DNA of 64,000 bases, from positions 1 through 64,000 of the IMG/VR virus record IMGVR_UViG_3300050821_013910, one strand, 5' to 3'. Every line of letters starts with the position of its first letter. Within the stretch, counting starts at the first letter, position 1. The stretch comes from a virus. A program made the position numbers and the translations under genes. The notes beneath the pieces are model-generated. The model was not told the DNA's origin. It searched no databases and saw nothing but the letters and a program-made list of their open reading frames with translations. This document shows, piece after piece, positions 18,839 through 26,173 of the stretch.

Positions 18839-19033
18839 TTGTCCGACACCCCCCGCGCGAAATACCAGTCCGGCGCCCCCTCCGAGTTCTCCTTCTCTCT
18901 GCCTCAGAACTCGCGTAAGGAGTACAACTCCCCGGCGGCCCGGCCCTCTGGTCGGTCCGGCGGTGGTCCCGCCGTCTCCACCCCCCATCGTGTGTCCGCC
19001 TCCCGCCGCCATCGCAAGGGAGCGCGCGCATGA
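18839..19033 (+). CDS. small basic protein with Arg-rich C-terminus
   Basis: TTG after GGGAGG; ends SRRHRKGARA. Confidence 0.6.
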   Translation: MSDTPRAKYQSGAPSEFSFSLPQNSRKEYNSPAARPSGRSGGGPAVSTPHRVSASRRHRKGARA

Positions 19034-19356
19034 TGGACGACCCTGAAGTAACGATCGAACCCGCCGACAACGGCTACATCGTCCGGCACTACGAGCGATC
19101 CACCAAGAAGGACGAAGGGGGCCGGACGATCCGGCGCGTGGCCTCCTCCGCCGACGAAGCCTTAGAGCATGCAGGCAAGGTGCTCGGAGGCGCTGGCAGG
19201 ATGGGCAAGAAGAGGACCTCTCGCGGCGGTGGTGGTGGCGATGGCGAGTCCGAACCAGCCTCTCCCTCTACCCTTGCCGGGCACTCCCTCCACTCCTCCT
19301 CCTCGCGCGCCCGTTCCGCCCGCCGCCGCCGTCCCCGGATCGGAGGCCGCCGGTGA
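19030..19356 (+). CDS. small protein with Arg-rich tail
   Basis: VTIEPADNGYIV; ends RARSARRRRPRIGGRR. Confidence 0.7.
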   Translation: MMDDPEVTIEPADNGYIVRHYERSTKKDEGGRTIRRVASSADEALEHAGKVLGGAGRMGKKRTSRGGGGGDGESEPASPSTLAGHSLHSSSSRARSARRRRPRIGGRR

Positions 19357-19505
19357 AACAGTCCGAGTCTCGCGGCTGCGGCATGATGGAAAAAGACGAG
19401 TCTGCGTCCTACGAGGCGAAGTCGCACCCGGTCTCGTTCCTTCGTAAAGCGGTCAGGTTGGCTGAGAAGAAATCCTCGAAGCGATCAGCTAGGAAACGAG
19501 GGTGA
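19353..19505 (+). CDS. 50-aa basic protein (not in track)
   Basis: GTGA coupling with GGAGG; ends KKSSKRSARKRG. Confidence 0.6.
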   Translation: MKQSESRGCGMMEKDESASYEAKSHPVSFLRKAVRLAEKKSSKRSARKRG

Positions 19506-19508
19506 CAG

Positions 19509-19694
19509 ATGCCGGTCGAGCATTTCAAATCCAAAGTTGCCGAGATGCGCAACCTTGCCTACCGTCACATCCACTCGATCCCCTACACCGCCACTTCCGC
19601 CGTCGTCGCCGGCCATTCCCACAAGGTCAAGCACTCCGGTAATCCCCGCCGCAAGCGGATCAACGCTCGCCAGCGCGCTCGCAAAAGGAGTTAG
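19509..19694 (+). CDS. 61-aa basic protein
   Basis: GAGGG RBS; ends RRKRINARQRARKRS. Confidence 0.65.
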   Translation: MPVEHFKSKVAEMRNLAYRHIHSIPYTATSAVVAGHSHKVKHSGNPRRKRINARQRARKRS

Positions 19695-19764
19695 TGCTAC
19701 GATGGGAGGAAATCGGATGGGCAGGGTCATCGTCTAGGGGAGCAAGCCAATCGCCAACGTCTTC

Positions 19765-21525
19765 ATGATCGCCAACCCCTCGCGCAAGAGCGCGAAGCAG
19801 GAGCACATCGATCCGAGGGCGAGGCATCTAGAGGACTGGATACAAGCGTCTGACTCCGCGCGCAACAAGGCATTGGGAGAGGGCTTCGCTAAGGCTGCGG
19901 AAGATTTGTATAACCTCAGCGACGCCATGACGCCGGGGCCTGTCTACAGGCCTTCCTTAAGCATCCCCATGCTGCAAAGAATAATGCTGGAGGAGTCCAA
20001 CCAAGTCAGCAGCCTGAGTCCGCGTATGTACGTCTTCCCGTCGGCGGGCTCCTCCGATCCTTCCTACAGCGGTGCCCAGCAAGCCGACCCTTCTCTCCCC
20101 TCTACTACTTCGCGTGACTTAGCGCGTGAAGTGTCCCTCCAGGCGCAGTGGCAGATCAGCAAGATGAACTTGCACCTGCTGATGGCCGGACTAACTGCCC
20201 GGTATTGTGGAGCTGGCTGGATAGTCTCGGGGTTTGATCCTGACTTGAGTCGCGCTCGCGGGGGCATGTGGGCTCGATCTATTGATCCCCGGCTGGTGTT
20301 TTTTGATCCTGGGACCGACTACACCTGGAACCCCTCCTACGCTGGCTGGCGGACTTGGATGAACCTCGAAGACGTCCGGCTGAAATGGCCCGAGACCTCC
20401 CGCGCCGTCCAGCCCAAGCACACCTCGGGCGGGTTCCAGCCTTTCTCGGGGGACTCAGGTTATGGTATCTCGCAGCCGCCCGGCCCGATGTCGTCGATGC
20501 CCTCGGCCTCGGGCCAGAACGCCAAGACTCAGGTAAGCGAATCGCGAGTCTTAGTAACCCACTGCTTCTGTCGCGACTACACCCGCGTTCAGGTCGAGAA
20601 GCCGGATGTGCCGCAGACCTCGCTCATTGATCCAGAGGTCCGGCTGAAGTATCCCAATGGCAGGTGGATCGTGGAGGCAGAAGGCGTTATCCTCCAGGAC
20701 GGCGACAATCCCTACCCACCGCGGCGCGATCTCATGGCCCCGACCTTTCCGCTGTTCCCGAACTGGGTCCTCCCTCCCCTCTTCGGACCCTGGGGCATCC
20801 CCGTCACCCGCATGACCGAAAACCTCCAGCGCCTGGCCCAGCGCTTCTACACCCAGATCTTCGAGAACGGCCTCCGGATGAACAACGGGGTATGGTTCAT
20901 CGATGAGAACACCGGGATCGACATCGACGGGTTCGGCGGGCTGCCTGGCGAAGTCTGCACGATCAAGCCGGGGTCGCGCATTCCCTCGACCGTCACCCCT
21001 AACGCGATGGGAGCCGGAGCGCTGCAGGGGGCCGAGAAACTCCTTGCCCTCCAGAACGACTGCCTCGGGTTCTCAGCCAGCCGCCAGGGCGAGCCGGGCG
21101 CGGGGAACGTCTCGACCGACCTTTTCGACAGCGCTGTCCTCCAGTCCTCCGGTCTCCTCCAACTGGCCGGCCGGTTCCTCGCCGAGACAGCCGAGTCGAT
21201 CGGCAGTTTCATGTTCGACACCATGTGCAAGTACCAGCAGAAATCCACTCTAGCCTACAAGGGACCGGAAGGAATTTCCCTAGCCAGTTGGAACGGTCAG
21301 GTTGATCCGATGACTTATGACCTTGCACTGGACGATGCCAGCGTGCGCCCGCTGAGTGAGGCAGTTATCAGAAAAATCACGCCTGACCTGATGAAATCTG
21401 GAGTTGTAAGTCCCGAGCGCGGACTCCGCACCCTCGGCTATCCCGATCCCGAAGGTGTTTCTCGCGAGCAGGAAACTTCGCAGGCCCTAGCTGCACTAGC
21501 CAAAGTCAGATCAGGCAGGAAATGA
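19765..21525 (+). CDS. portal protein
   Basis: 586 aa between terL and capsid genes; IDPRLVFFDP, YPNGRWIV..GVILQDGDNPY, PWGIP motifs typical of podovirus-like portals; possible true start ATC 19750. Confidence 0.8.
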   Translation: MIANPSRKSAKQEHIDPRARHLEDWIQASDSARNKALGEGFAKAAEDLYNLSDAMTPGPVYRPSLSIPMLQRIMLEESNQVSSLSPRMYVFPSAGSSDPSYSGAQQADPSLPSTTSRDLAREVSLQAQWQISKMNLHLLMAGLTARYCGAGWIVSGFDPDLSRARGGMWARSIDPRLVFFDPGTDYTWNPSYAGWRTWMNLEDVRLKWPETSRAVQPKHTSGGFQPFSGDSGYGISQPPGPMSSMPSASGQNAKTQVSESRVLVTHCFCRDYTRVQVEKPDVPQTSLIDPEVRLKYPNGRWIVEAEGVILQDGDNPYPPRRDLMAPTFPLFPNWVLPPLFGPWGIPVTRMTENLQRLAQRFYTQIFENGLRMNNGVWFIDENTGIDIDGFGGLPGEVCTIKPGSRIPSTVTPNAMGAGALQGAEKLLALQNDCLGFSASRQGEPGAGNVSTDLFDSAVLQSSGLLQLAGRFLAETAESIGSFMFDTMCKYQQKSTLAYKGPEGISLASWNGQVDPMTYDLALDDASVRPLSEAVIRKITPDLMKSGVVSPERGLRTLGYPDPEGVSREQETSQALAALAKVRSGRK

Positions 21526-21845
21526 GGAAGACAGCCATGCAGACTCCCGTCGCCGACCAACCCGCCCCCTCGCGACCCCGACCACACCCACACGTTCCTG
21601 TTCGGGAGGAGACAGAGATGGAGTCGGCCTCCGCCTTGGCTTCCCCCGCCCGCTCTGTCCCTCCTCATTCGTGGAAGGGACATTGGCTATCCGCGCGAGA
21701 ATTTGCCGGAGTAATGAACCGTAAGGAACAAACTATCTACAAATGGGCGCGGATTGGAACCTTGGCGGAATTCCAAATTTCTGTATGTAAGTTTCAAGGA
21801 CGTAAGCCGCACACGGCTAGGTTATGGATTCTTAATCCATTCTAG
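21522..21845 (+). CDS. HTH DNA-binding protein (excisionase/MerR-like)
   Basis: WLSAREFAGVMNRKEQTIYKWARIGTL. Confidence 0.65.
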   Translation: MRKTAMQTPVADQPAPSRPRPHPHVPVREETEMESASALASPARSVPPHSWKGHWLSAREFAGVMNRKEQTIYKWARIGTLAEFQISVCKFQGRKPHTARLWILNPF

Positions 21846-22113
21846 CCGTGCTTGGCATCCCTACTCAACCGATCCTGAACCCAACCGATCCTGACCCGAC
21901 CGGACCCAACCTGACAACTACCACTCCATGCCTCCAGCGAACCTTGTCAGACCAGAGACTGCCATAGCGGACCCGTTGGACCCCACACAACCACTCCATG
22001 CCTATGCAAGCCTGACCGGCCTTTCGGCCCGTTCCACGCCTTGTCGATCCTTGACTTGCCGTATCCAGTCTCGCACCAACTCTCCGCGTTTGTCCTTGTA
22101 CAACCACGCCAAG
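21846..22113 (-). ncRNA. 5-nt-periodic GGN-NN repeat array 2 (candidate guide RNA)
   Basis: minus strand runs GGCAA GTCAA GGATC GACAA GGCGT GGAAC; GGTCA GGCTT GCATA GGCAT GGAGT GGTTG; GGTTG GGTCC GGTCG GGTCA GGATC GGTTG; begins just after the stop of the RAMP-like gene. Confidence 0.7.
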
Positions 22114-22118
22114 GCGGA

Positions 22119-22757
22119 TTATTTTAACTCGACCACGTTGAACGATGTAACTTGGAAGCGTCCAAAACTAGGACGAAAATCACCTACTCCGACGATCCTT
22201 CCTGCGTAAGCAAGTGTCTCATGCAGCATTCGATGGTCGATGTACTCCGGCAGAAGAACTTGCAAACTTACTTTGCATTTCCAACCTGCAAGCATGGCCG
22301 GACGAACGCGCGTGATTCCATTGCGTTGAATAACTACACGCCGCTGGTCGAGGTAGTCAGGTTCCTTGACTCCGAGGGAGCAGAGTTCTCCGATGGTGCA
22401 AATTCCAGCTTTGAACAAGTCCATCGCTGACTTCCTTGGTGAGCGCGGGTCCTGTCGGAACTTTGACGCACCAATAATACTCATGCGGAAGTATTCAGAT
22501 GGAATCGCAAGAAGTCCCTTCACGTCGCGGTACAGATAGCTCTCGATGTTATCCGACTTCTTCGCCGCCGACCCCTTTTTGCTTGCCGCCTTCTCGGCAA
22601 CGGCCTCACAACTCCAGCGATGGAAGAGGATCGACGCCGTGCCTTCAATCTCAGCCTCGATCATGTAAGGGGACGATAGCTCGATGTCGTCCTTTGCATC
22701 GTTCGTGGTGTTACTCAGTGCTGTTGCCTTGGTTGCCATTTCTTTCTCTTGCTCCAT
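22119..22757 (-). CDS. stand-alone RAMP/Cas7-like protein
   Basis: N-terminal strand IEAEIEGTASILFH, LAIPSEYFRMSI, RVRPAM..W...L, C-terminal Gly loop AGRIVGVGDFRPSFGRFQV; alternative start 22739. Confidence 0.7.
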   Translation of the reverse strand: MEQEKEMATKATALSNTTNDAKDDIELSSPYMIEAEIEGTASILFHRWSCEAVAEKAASKKGSAAKKSDNIESYLYRDVKGLLAIPSEYFRMSIIGASKFRQDPRSPRKSAMDLFKAGICTIGELCSLGVKEPDYLDQRRVVIQRNGITRVRPAMLAGWKCKVSLQVLLPEYIDHRMLHETLAYAGRIVGVGDFRPSFGRFQVTSFNVVELK

Positions 22758-22770
22758 TCCTTGATTCGTA

Positions 22771-22835
22771 GTGCCTTGCCCAAACTAGCCACGTCTTGTC
22801 AAAACATGCCAATCCGTACCCGGACCCGCCGAGCC
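22771..22835 (-). ncRNA. 5-nt-periodic array 1 (13 in-phase pentamers)
   Basis: GGCTC GGCGG GTCCG GGTAC GGATT GGCAT GTTTT GACAA GACGT GGCTA GTTTG GGCAA GGCAC; all 13 start with G and 8 with GG. Confidence 0.75.
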
Positions 22836-22836
22836 A

Positions 22837-22974
22837 TTAGAGTTTGTACTTCCGTGCGAGTTCTCGAAGCGCCAGTTCAATGACCGCCGAACGCTTGAGT
22901 CCAAGCACCCTTGAGAGTTGGATCAGGAGGTTCAATCCAACTTGCCCTAGTCGGATACTTGTAGGAGAACTCAT
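22837..22974 (-). CDS. 45-aa ribbon-helix-helix (CopG/Arc-like) regulator (not in track)
   Basis: MSSPTSIRLGQVGLNLLIQLSRVLGLKRSAVIELALRELARKYKL. Confidence 0.75.
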   Translation of the reverse strand: MSSPTSIRLGQVGLNLLIQLSRVLGLKRSAVIELALRELARKYKL

Positions 22975-22980
22975 ACTGGA

Positions 22981-23009
22981 AATGTAGTGAATATGCGCTA
23001 CAAAGTCAA
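22981..23009 (-). promoter_or_regulatory. sigma70-type promoter with overlapping palindromic operator; leaderless transcript
   Basis: TTGACT-17 nt-TACATT, ATG 6 nt downstream; TGTAGCG-N6-CACTACA inverted repeat over spacer and -10. Confidence 0.7.
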
Positions 23010-23132
23010 GAGTTTTTTATACAGTGTTATCCCACCCCTGCGCCCTTCTCCCTCCCCTCGCCGTACCATTGTCCTCAATCACCCCCGCCCTTCCAGCACC
23101 TCCGGTCGTGCGCGTGTGAAAGGAGAATCATC

Positions 23133-23186
23133 ATGTACGAATTCAAGGATCGTCGCAAGAAGCGGCACGAAGGCAAACGCCGGTAG
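23133..23186 (+). CDS. 17-aa basic peptide
   Basis: AAAGGAG RBS; MYEFKDRRKKRHEGKRR. Confidence 0.55.
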   Translation: MYEFKDRRKKRHEGKRR

Positions 23187-23256
23187 TCCGGCCTTGCCCT
23201 TCCCACCCGCCCTCTTCGTCGCCCAACCAACTTCCCCGGAAGGAGCCTGATCCCAG

Positions 23257-23385
23257 ATGGCCGGACATCCCTCGAAATCATCCGCCCGCGTCGTCAAGGA
23301 CTACCTCCAGCCCAAGAAGTTCCTGCGCGACATGCGTGCCAAGGCCGCCAAGTATTCGCACTCGCGGACTCGGAAGCGGACCTAG
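23257..23385 (+). CDS. 42-aa basic peptide
   Basis: AAGGAG RBS; MAGHPSKSS...YSHSRTRKRT. Confidence 0.6.
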   Translation: MAGHPSKSSARVVKDYLQPKKFLRDMRAKAAKYSHSRTRKRT

Positions 23386-23507
23386 CTCATCCCGGAGACG
23401 GTAGCGTTGCCCTTCGCACCCCGTCTTCTTAGCCAGCCCCGGCGACCAGTCCGACTAACTCTCTGACTGACTCGACCTCGGGCAACCCGGAGCGAAGGAG
23501 GTACGCC

Positions 23508-23564
23508 ATGGCGGCTCGTGGTGGTAGGCGATCCAAGCGTCGGCGCACCGCCGCTCGCAAGTAG
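23508..23564 (+). CDS. 18-aa protamine-like peptide
   Basis: AAGGAGGT RBS; MAARGGRRSKRRRTAARK. Confidence 0.6.
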   Translation: MAARGGRRSKRRRTAARK

Positions 23565-23742
23565 GGCCAGACCGGATAACCAGTCTGGGCCATTCGGCGG
23601 CGAGGTGGGAACTGGTGGGGGACTAGACCTCATCCCTTCCGCCGAAAGTGTTCGATGCGCAAGACAGGAGTGCGGGCGGGACAGGCTGGAGCAATCCGAT
23701 CTGACCCGCCGGACTCCCAACCCAACCCGGAGGGAGACTCCT

Positions 23743-23898
23743 ATGCACGGAATGAGAATGAAGCCGCAGCCTGGCGGCACCGGCACCAAGGCCACCAGCA
23801 CCAAGCACACTATGCAGGAGCACCATCGTAACGAGGTGCCCAAGATGAAGGGCCGCGTGGACCGGCGCGTAGGCCGGAGCCGGATCGGCCGCAGGTAG
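23743..23898 (+). CDS. 51-aa basic peptide
   Basis: GGAGGGAG RBS; ends RVDRRVGRSRIGRR. Confidence 0.6.
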   Translation: MHGMRMKPQPGGTGTKATSTKHTMQEHHRNEVPKMKGRVDRRVGRSRIGRR

Positions 23899-23992
23899 GC
23901 GGCAGGCAGCGAGCAGCAACCGAGTAGCAACCGAGTAGCAGGCAGCAACCAGCGGAACCAGCGGAACCAGCGGAACCAAGGAGGAACAGCAG

Positions 23993-24190
23993 ATGGCTAG
24001 GGAAAAAGAAGGCCTAGGGGTAAATTTCGACACCGAGATTTTGAAGAGTCCATTGACAGTGGGTAGAACAGGCAACGAGCCCGGCCCCGACGTCAACAAC
24101 ACCCCGGTCGCCCGGCCCAAGGACCCCCTCGGCCTGATCCCTGAAGGCGGGGACAAGCCGTACTGGTCGGACAACAAGTACAAGCCGTAA
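23993..24190 (+). CDS. hypothetical protein
   Basis: AAGGAGG RBS. Confidence 0.65.
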   Translation: MAREKEGLGVNFDTEILKSPLTVGRTGNEPGPDVNNTPVARPKDPLGLIPEGGDKPYWSDNKYKP

Positions 24191-24213
24191 GCGCGGACCA
24201 CTGACCCCCTCCG

Positions 24214-24759
24214 ATGGCCACCCCTCCCAATCCCGCTCTCGCCCAGATGATGGCCCGGCAGCTGATCCAGAAGATTGCTGGCGCTGGGGGCGGTCCTCCT
24301 GCGGGCGGTCCCCCGGCCGGCCCCGGTGGCCCTCTGCCTCCTCCGCCAGGGATGATGGGCGCGGGCGGTCCCGGTGCGGGTCCCGGAGCAGGCGGTCCAG
24401 GTGGACCCGGTGGTGGTCCTCCCGGTCCCGGCTCCCCTCCGACCACTCCCGCCGGCCTCCAGTTGTCGCAGCAACTGGCCGAACTCCAGGGCGCCGACCC
24501 CGACGCCATGGTCAAGTCCCTCACCTCGATCAAGTCCGTTGCCGTCTCCCTCTACACCCGCGCCGCCTTCACCCTCCCCGGCGTCACGCGCAACCTCGCT
24601 CAGGTGGTCAAGTACCTCGACAACTCGATCCAGGAAGCGGAGAAGGCAGCCGCTGCTACCGCTGCCGCCGGACCAATCGCCAACAACGCGGCCATCCCCA
24701 ATCCCAGCGGTCAGAACGGGTCGGCACCCGTGGCAGGGATGATGATCCAGCCCCAGTAG
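24214..24759 (+). CDS. Pro/Gly-rich head-region protein
   Basis: PG-rich linker and helical C-terminus; lies before the scaffold gene. Confidence 0.65.
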   Translation: MATPPNPALAQMMARQLIQKIAGAGGGPPAGGPPAGPGGPLPPPPGMMGAGGPGAGPGAGGPGGPGGGPPGPGSPPTTPAGLQLSQQLAELQGADPDAMVKSLTSIKSVAVSLYTRAAFTLPGVTRNLAQVVKYLDNSIQEAEKAAAATAAAGPIANNAAIPNPSGQNGSAPVAGMMIQPQ

Positions 24760-24778
24760 CAGCAGGAAGGAACCAGCG

Positions 24779-25042
24779 ATGCACTACAAAAACGGACGCG
24801 AGGCGAAGAACGGCGACAAGGTCGTCCTGTTCCCCTCCTATGGCCTACCAATCGTAGGTATCCTCTACGATGCGGTGGCAGGCAACGACTATTGCAACGG
24901 CCATATCGCCGTGACCTACCAGAACGATCCCTGCCCGAACCTCAAAGAGTGCCTTCACCTCGACGACGTGCTTGGCATCATTCCGCCGGATGTCCCGGAC
25001 AGGTCCGCCGCGCCAACCAGCGCTGTACCGGTCGCAAGCTAA
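24779..25042 (+). CDS. hypothetical phage protein
   Basis: MHYKNGREAKNGDKVV...KECLHLDD. Confidence 0.7.
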   Translation: MHYKNGREAKNGDKVVLFPSYGLPIVGILYDAVAGNDYCNGHIAVTYQNDPCPNLKECLHLDDVLGIIPPDVPDRSAAPTSAVPVAS

Positions 25043-25063
25043 CTCGAAAGAAGGAGTCCCCCG

Positions 25064-26050
25064 ATGGCCTTGAAAGACATCCTCTCGAACGCCAAGTACG
25101 CCGACGACATGATCCTCAATCTCCCCGACGGCTCCACCGTTCAAGTCGGCGAGATACGCGCCCTGCCCGCCGCCGAGCGCGCGGCCCTGACCTCCCAGAT
25201 CGAGCAGCGCCAGTCCACTCTGGGTCAGGCGGAACTGGCTTTCGCGGCCAAGTTTCAGGAAGCGGTCCGGGCAGGCTGGCTGGCGCAGGACGGCAGGATC
25301 GTTCCCCCTCAGTCGACCACCACGACCACCACCCCCGCCATAACCACCACTTCCACCACGGCCGACCTCCGCCGTGCCGCCGCCGCCGAGTACAACCTCG
25401 ACGAGAACGACCCTCTCCTCGGCCCGGTCGTCAAAGCGATGAAGCAGGAATTGGCCGAGCGGGACAAGACGCTGACCGAGTTGAAGACCAAGCTCGACGC
25501 CCTCCCCTCCCAGTTCGACTCCCTCAAGACCACCCTGACCGACTCCCTGAGCAAGGTCACCGGCGTCGTCAACACCTCGGTCGGCCGCTACCTGAACGAC
25601 ACCTACCAGCAGCAATTCGCCGCCGCCACCAAGGACCTCCCCGCCGCCGTCAAGGTCGACTACGAGACCGCCTTCAAATACGCCTCGGAGAGGAACCTCA
25701 AGGACAAGGACGGGTTCCTCCAGATCGACGCGGCGGTGGACCGGCTGACCTGGGACCAGCGGAAGAAGGCGGAACTGGACAAGGAACGCGCCGACCTGAT
25801 CGCCAAGACCACCCGCGAGCTGGAGGAGAAGAACAAGCTGGCTTCGCTGACCCCGCCCCAGTCGCTCTCCCTCCTCCACCAGTCGGCCAAGCCCAAGGAC
25901 GGCGATTTCGTCCCCTACAACGAGCGCACCGACTCCAAGGGGAACAAGGTCCGCGCAGTCAAGTCGTTCGAGGAAGCAATGTCCGAGGCGATGTCGGACG
26001 AGGACGTGCTGAAGTCGGCTATGGCGACGGCCTCGGGAGTGATTCAGTAG
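25064..26050 (+). CDS. capsid scaffolding protein (putative)
   Basis: helical/coiled-coil, immediately upstream of the MCP. Confidence 0.65.
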   Translation: MALKDILSNAKYADDMILNLPDGSTVQVGEIRALPAAERAALTSQIEQRQSTLGQAELAFAAKFQEAVRAGWLAQDGRIVPPQSTTTTTTPAITTTSTTADLRRAAAAEYNLDENDPLLGPVVKAMKQELAERDKTLTELKTKLDALPSQFDSLKTTLTDSLSKVTGVVNTSVGRYLNDTYQQQFAAATKDLPAAVKVDYETAFKYASERNLKDKDGFLQIDAAVDRLTWDQRKKAELDKERADLIAKTTRELEEKNKLASLTPPQSLSLLHQSAKPKDGDFVPYNERTDSKGNKVRAVKSFEEAMSEAMSDEDVLKSAMATASGVIQ

Positions 26051-26173
26051 TCCGGTAGTTCGAGCAGCACCGCCAGTTTTCCCTTGAGGCCGTGACCCTT
26101 TCCGACCTCCTGACCTCCACCCACCAACCCGTCGGCGACCTCCCCCCGTTCGCTCGACCCAGGAGTGATTGAA

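Noticed and set aside
21865-22209. Track ORFs 21865-22107 (-) and 21928-22209 (+)
   Set aside because: They are by-products of the pentamer array: no RBS, and composition is dictated by the repeat.
21846-22835. Canonical CRISPR array next to the Cas7-like gene
   Set aside because: There are no 25-40 nt direct repeats with unique spacers; the periodicity is 5 nt and no other cas genes are present.
23903-23980. Short tandem repeats (AGCAACCGAGT x2, CCAGCGGAA x3); also 9-mers near 50150 and 50306
   Set aside because: Only 2-3 copies without spacers; consistent with slippage, and no function is supportable.
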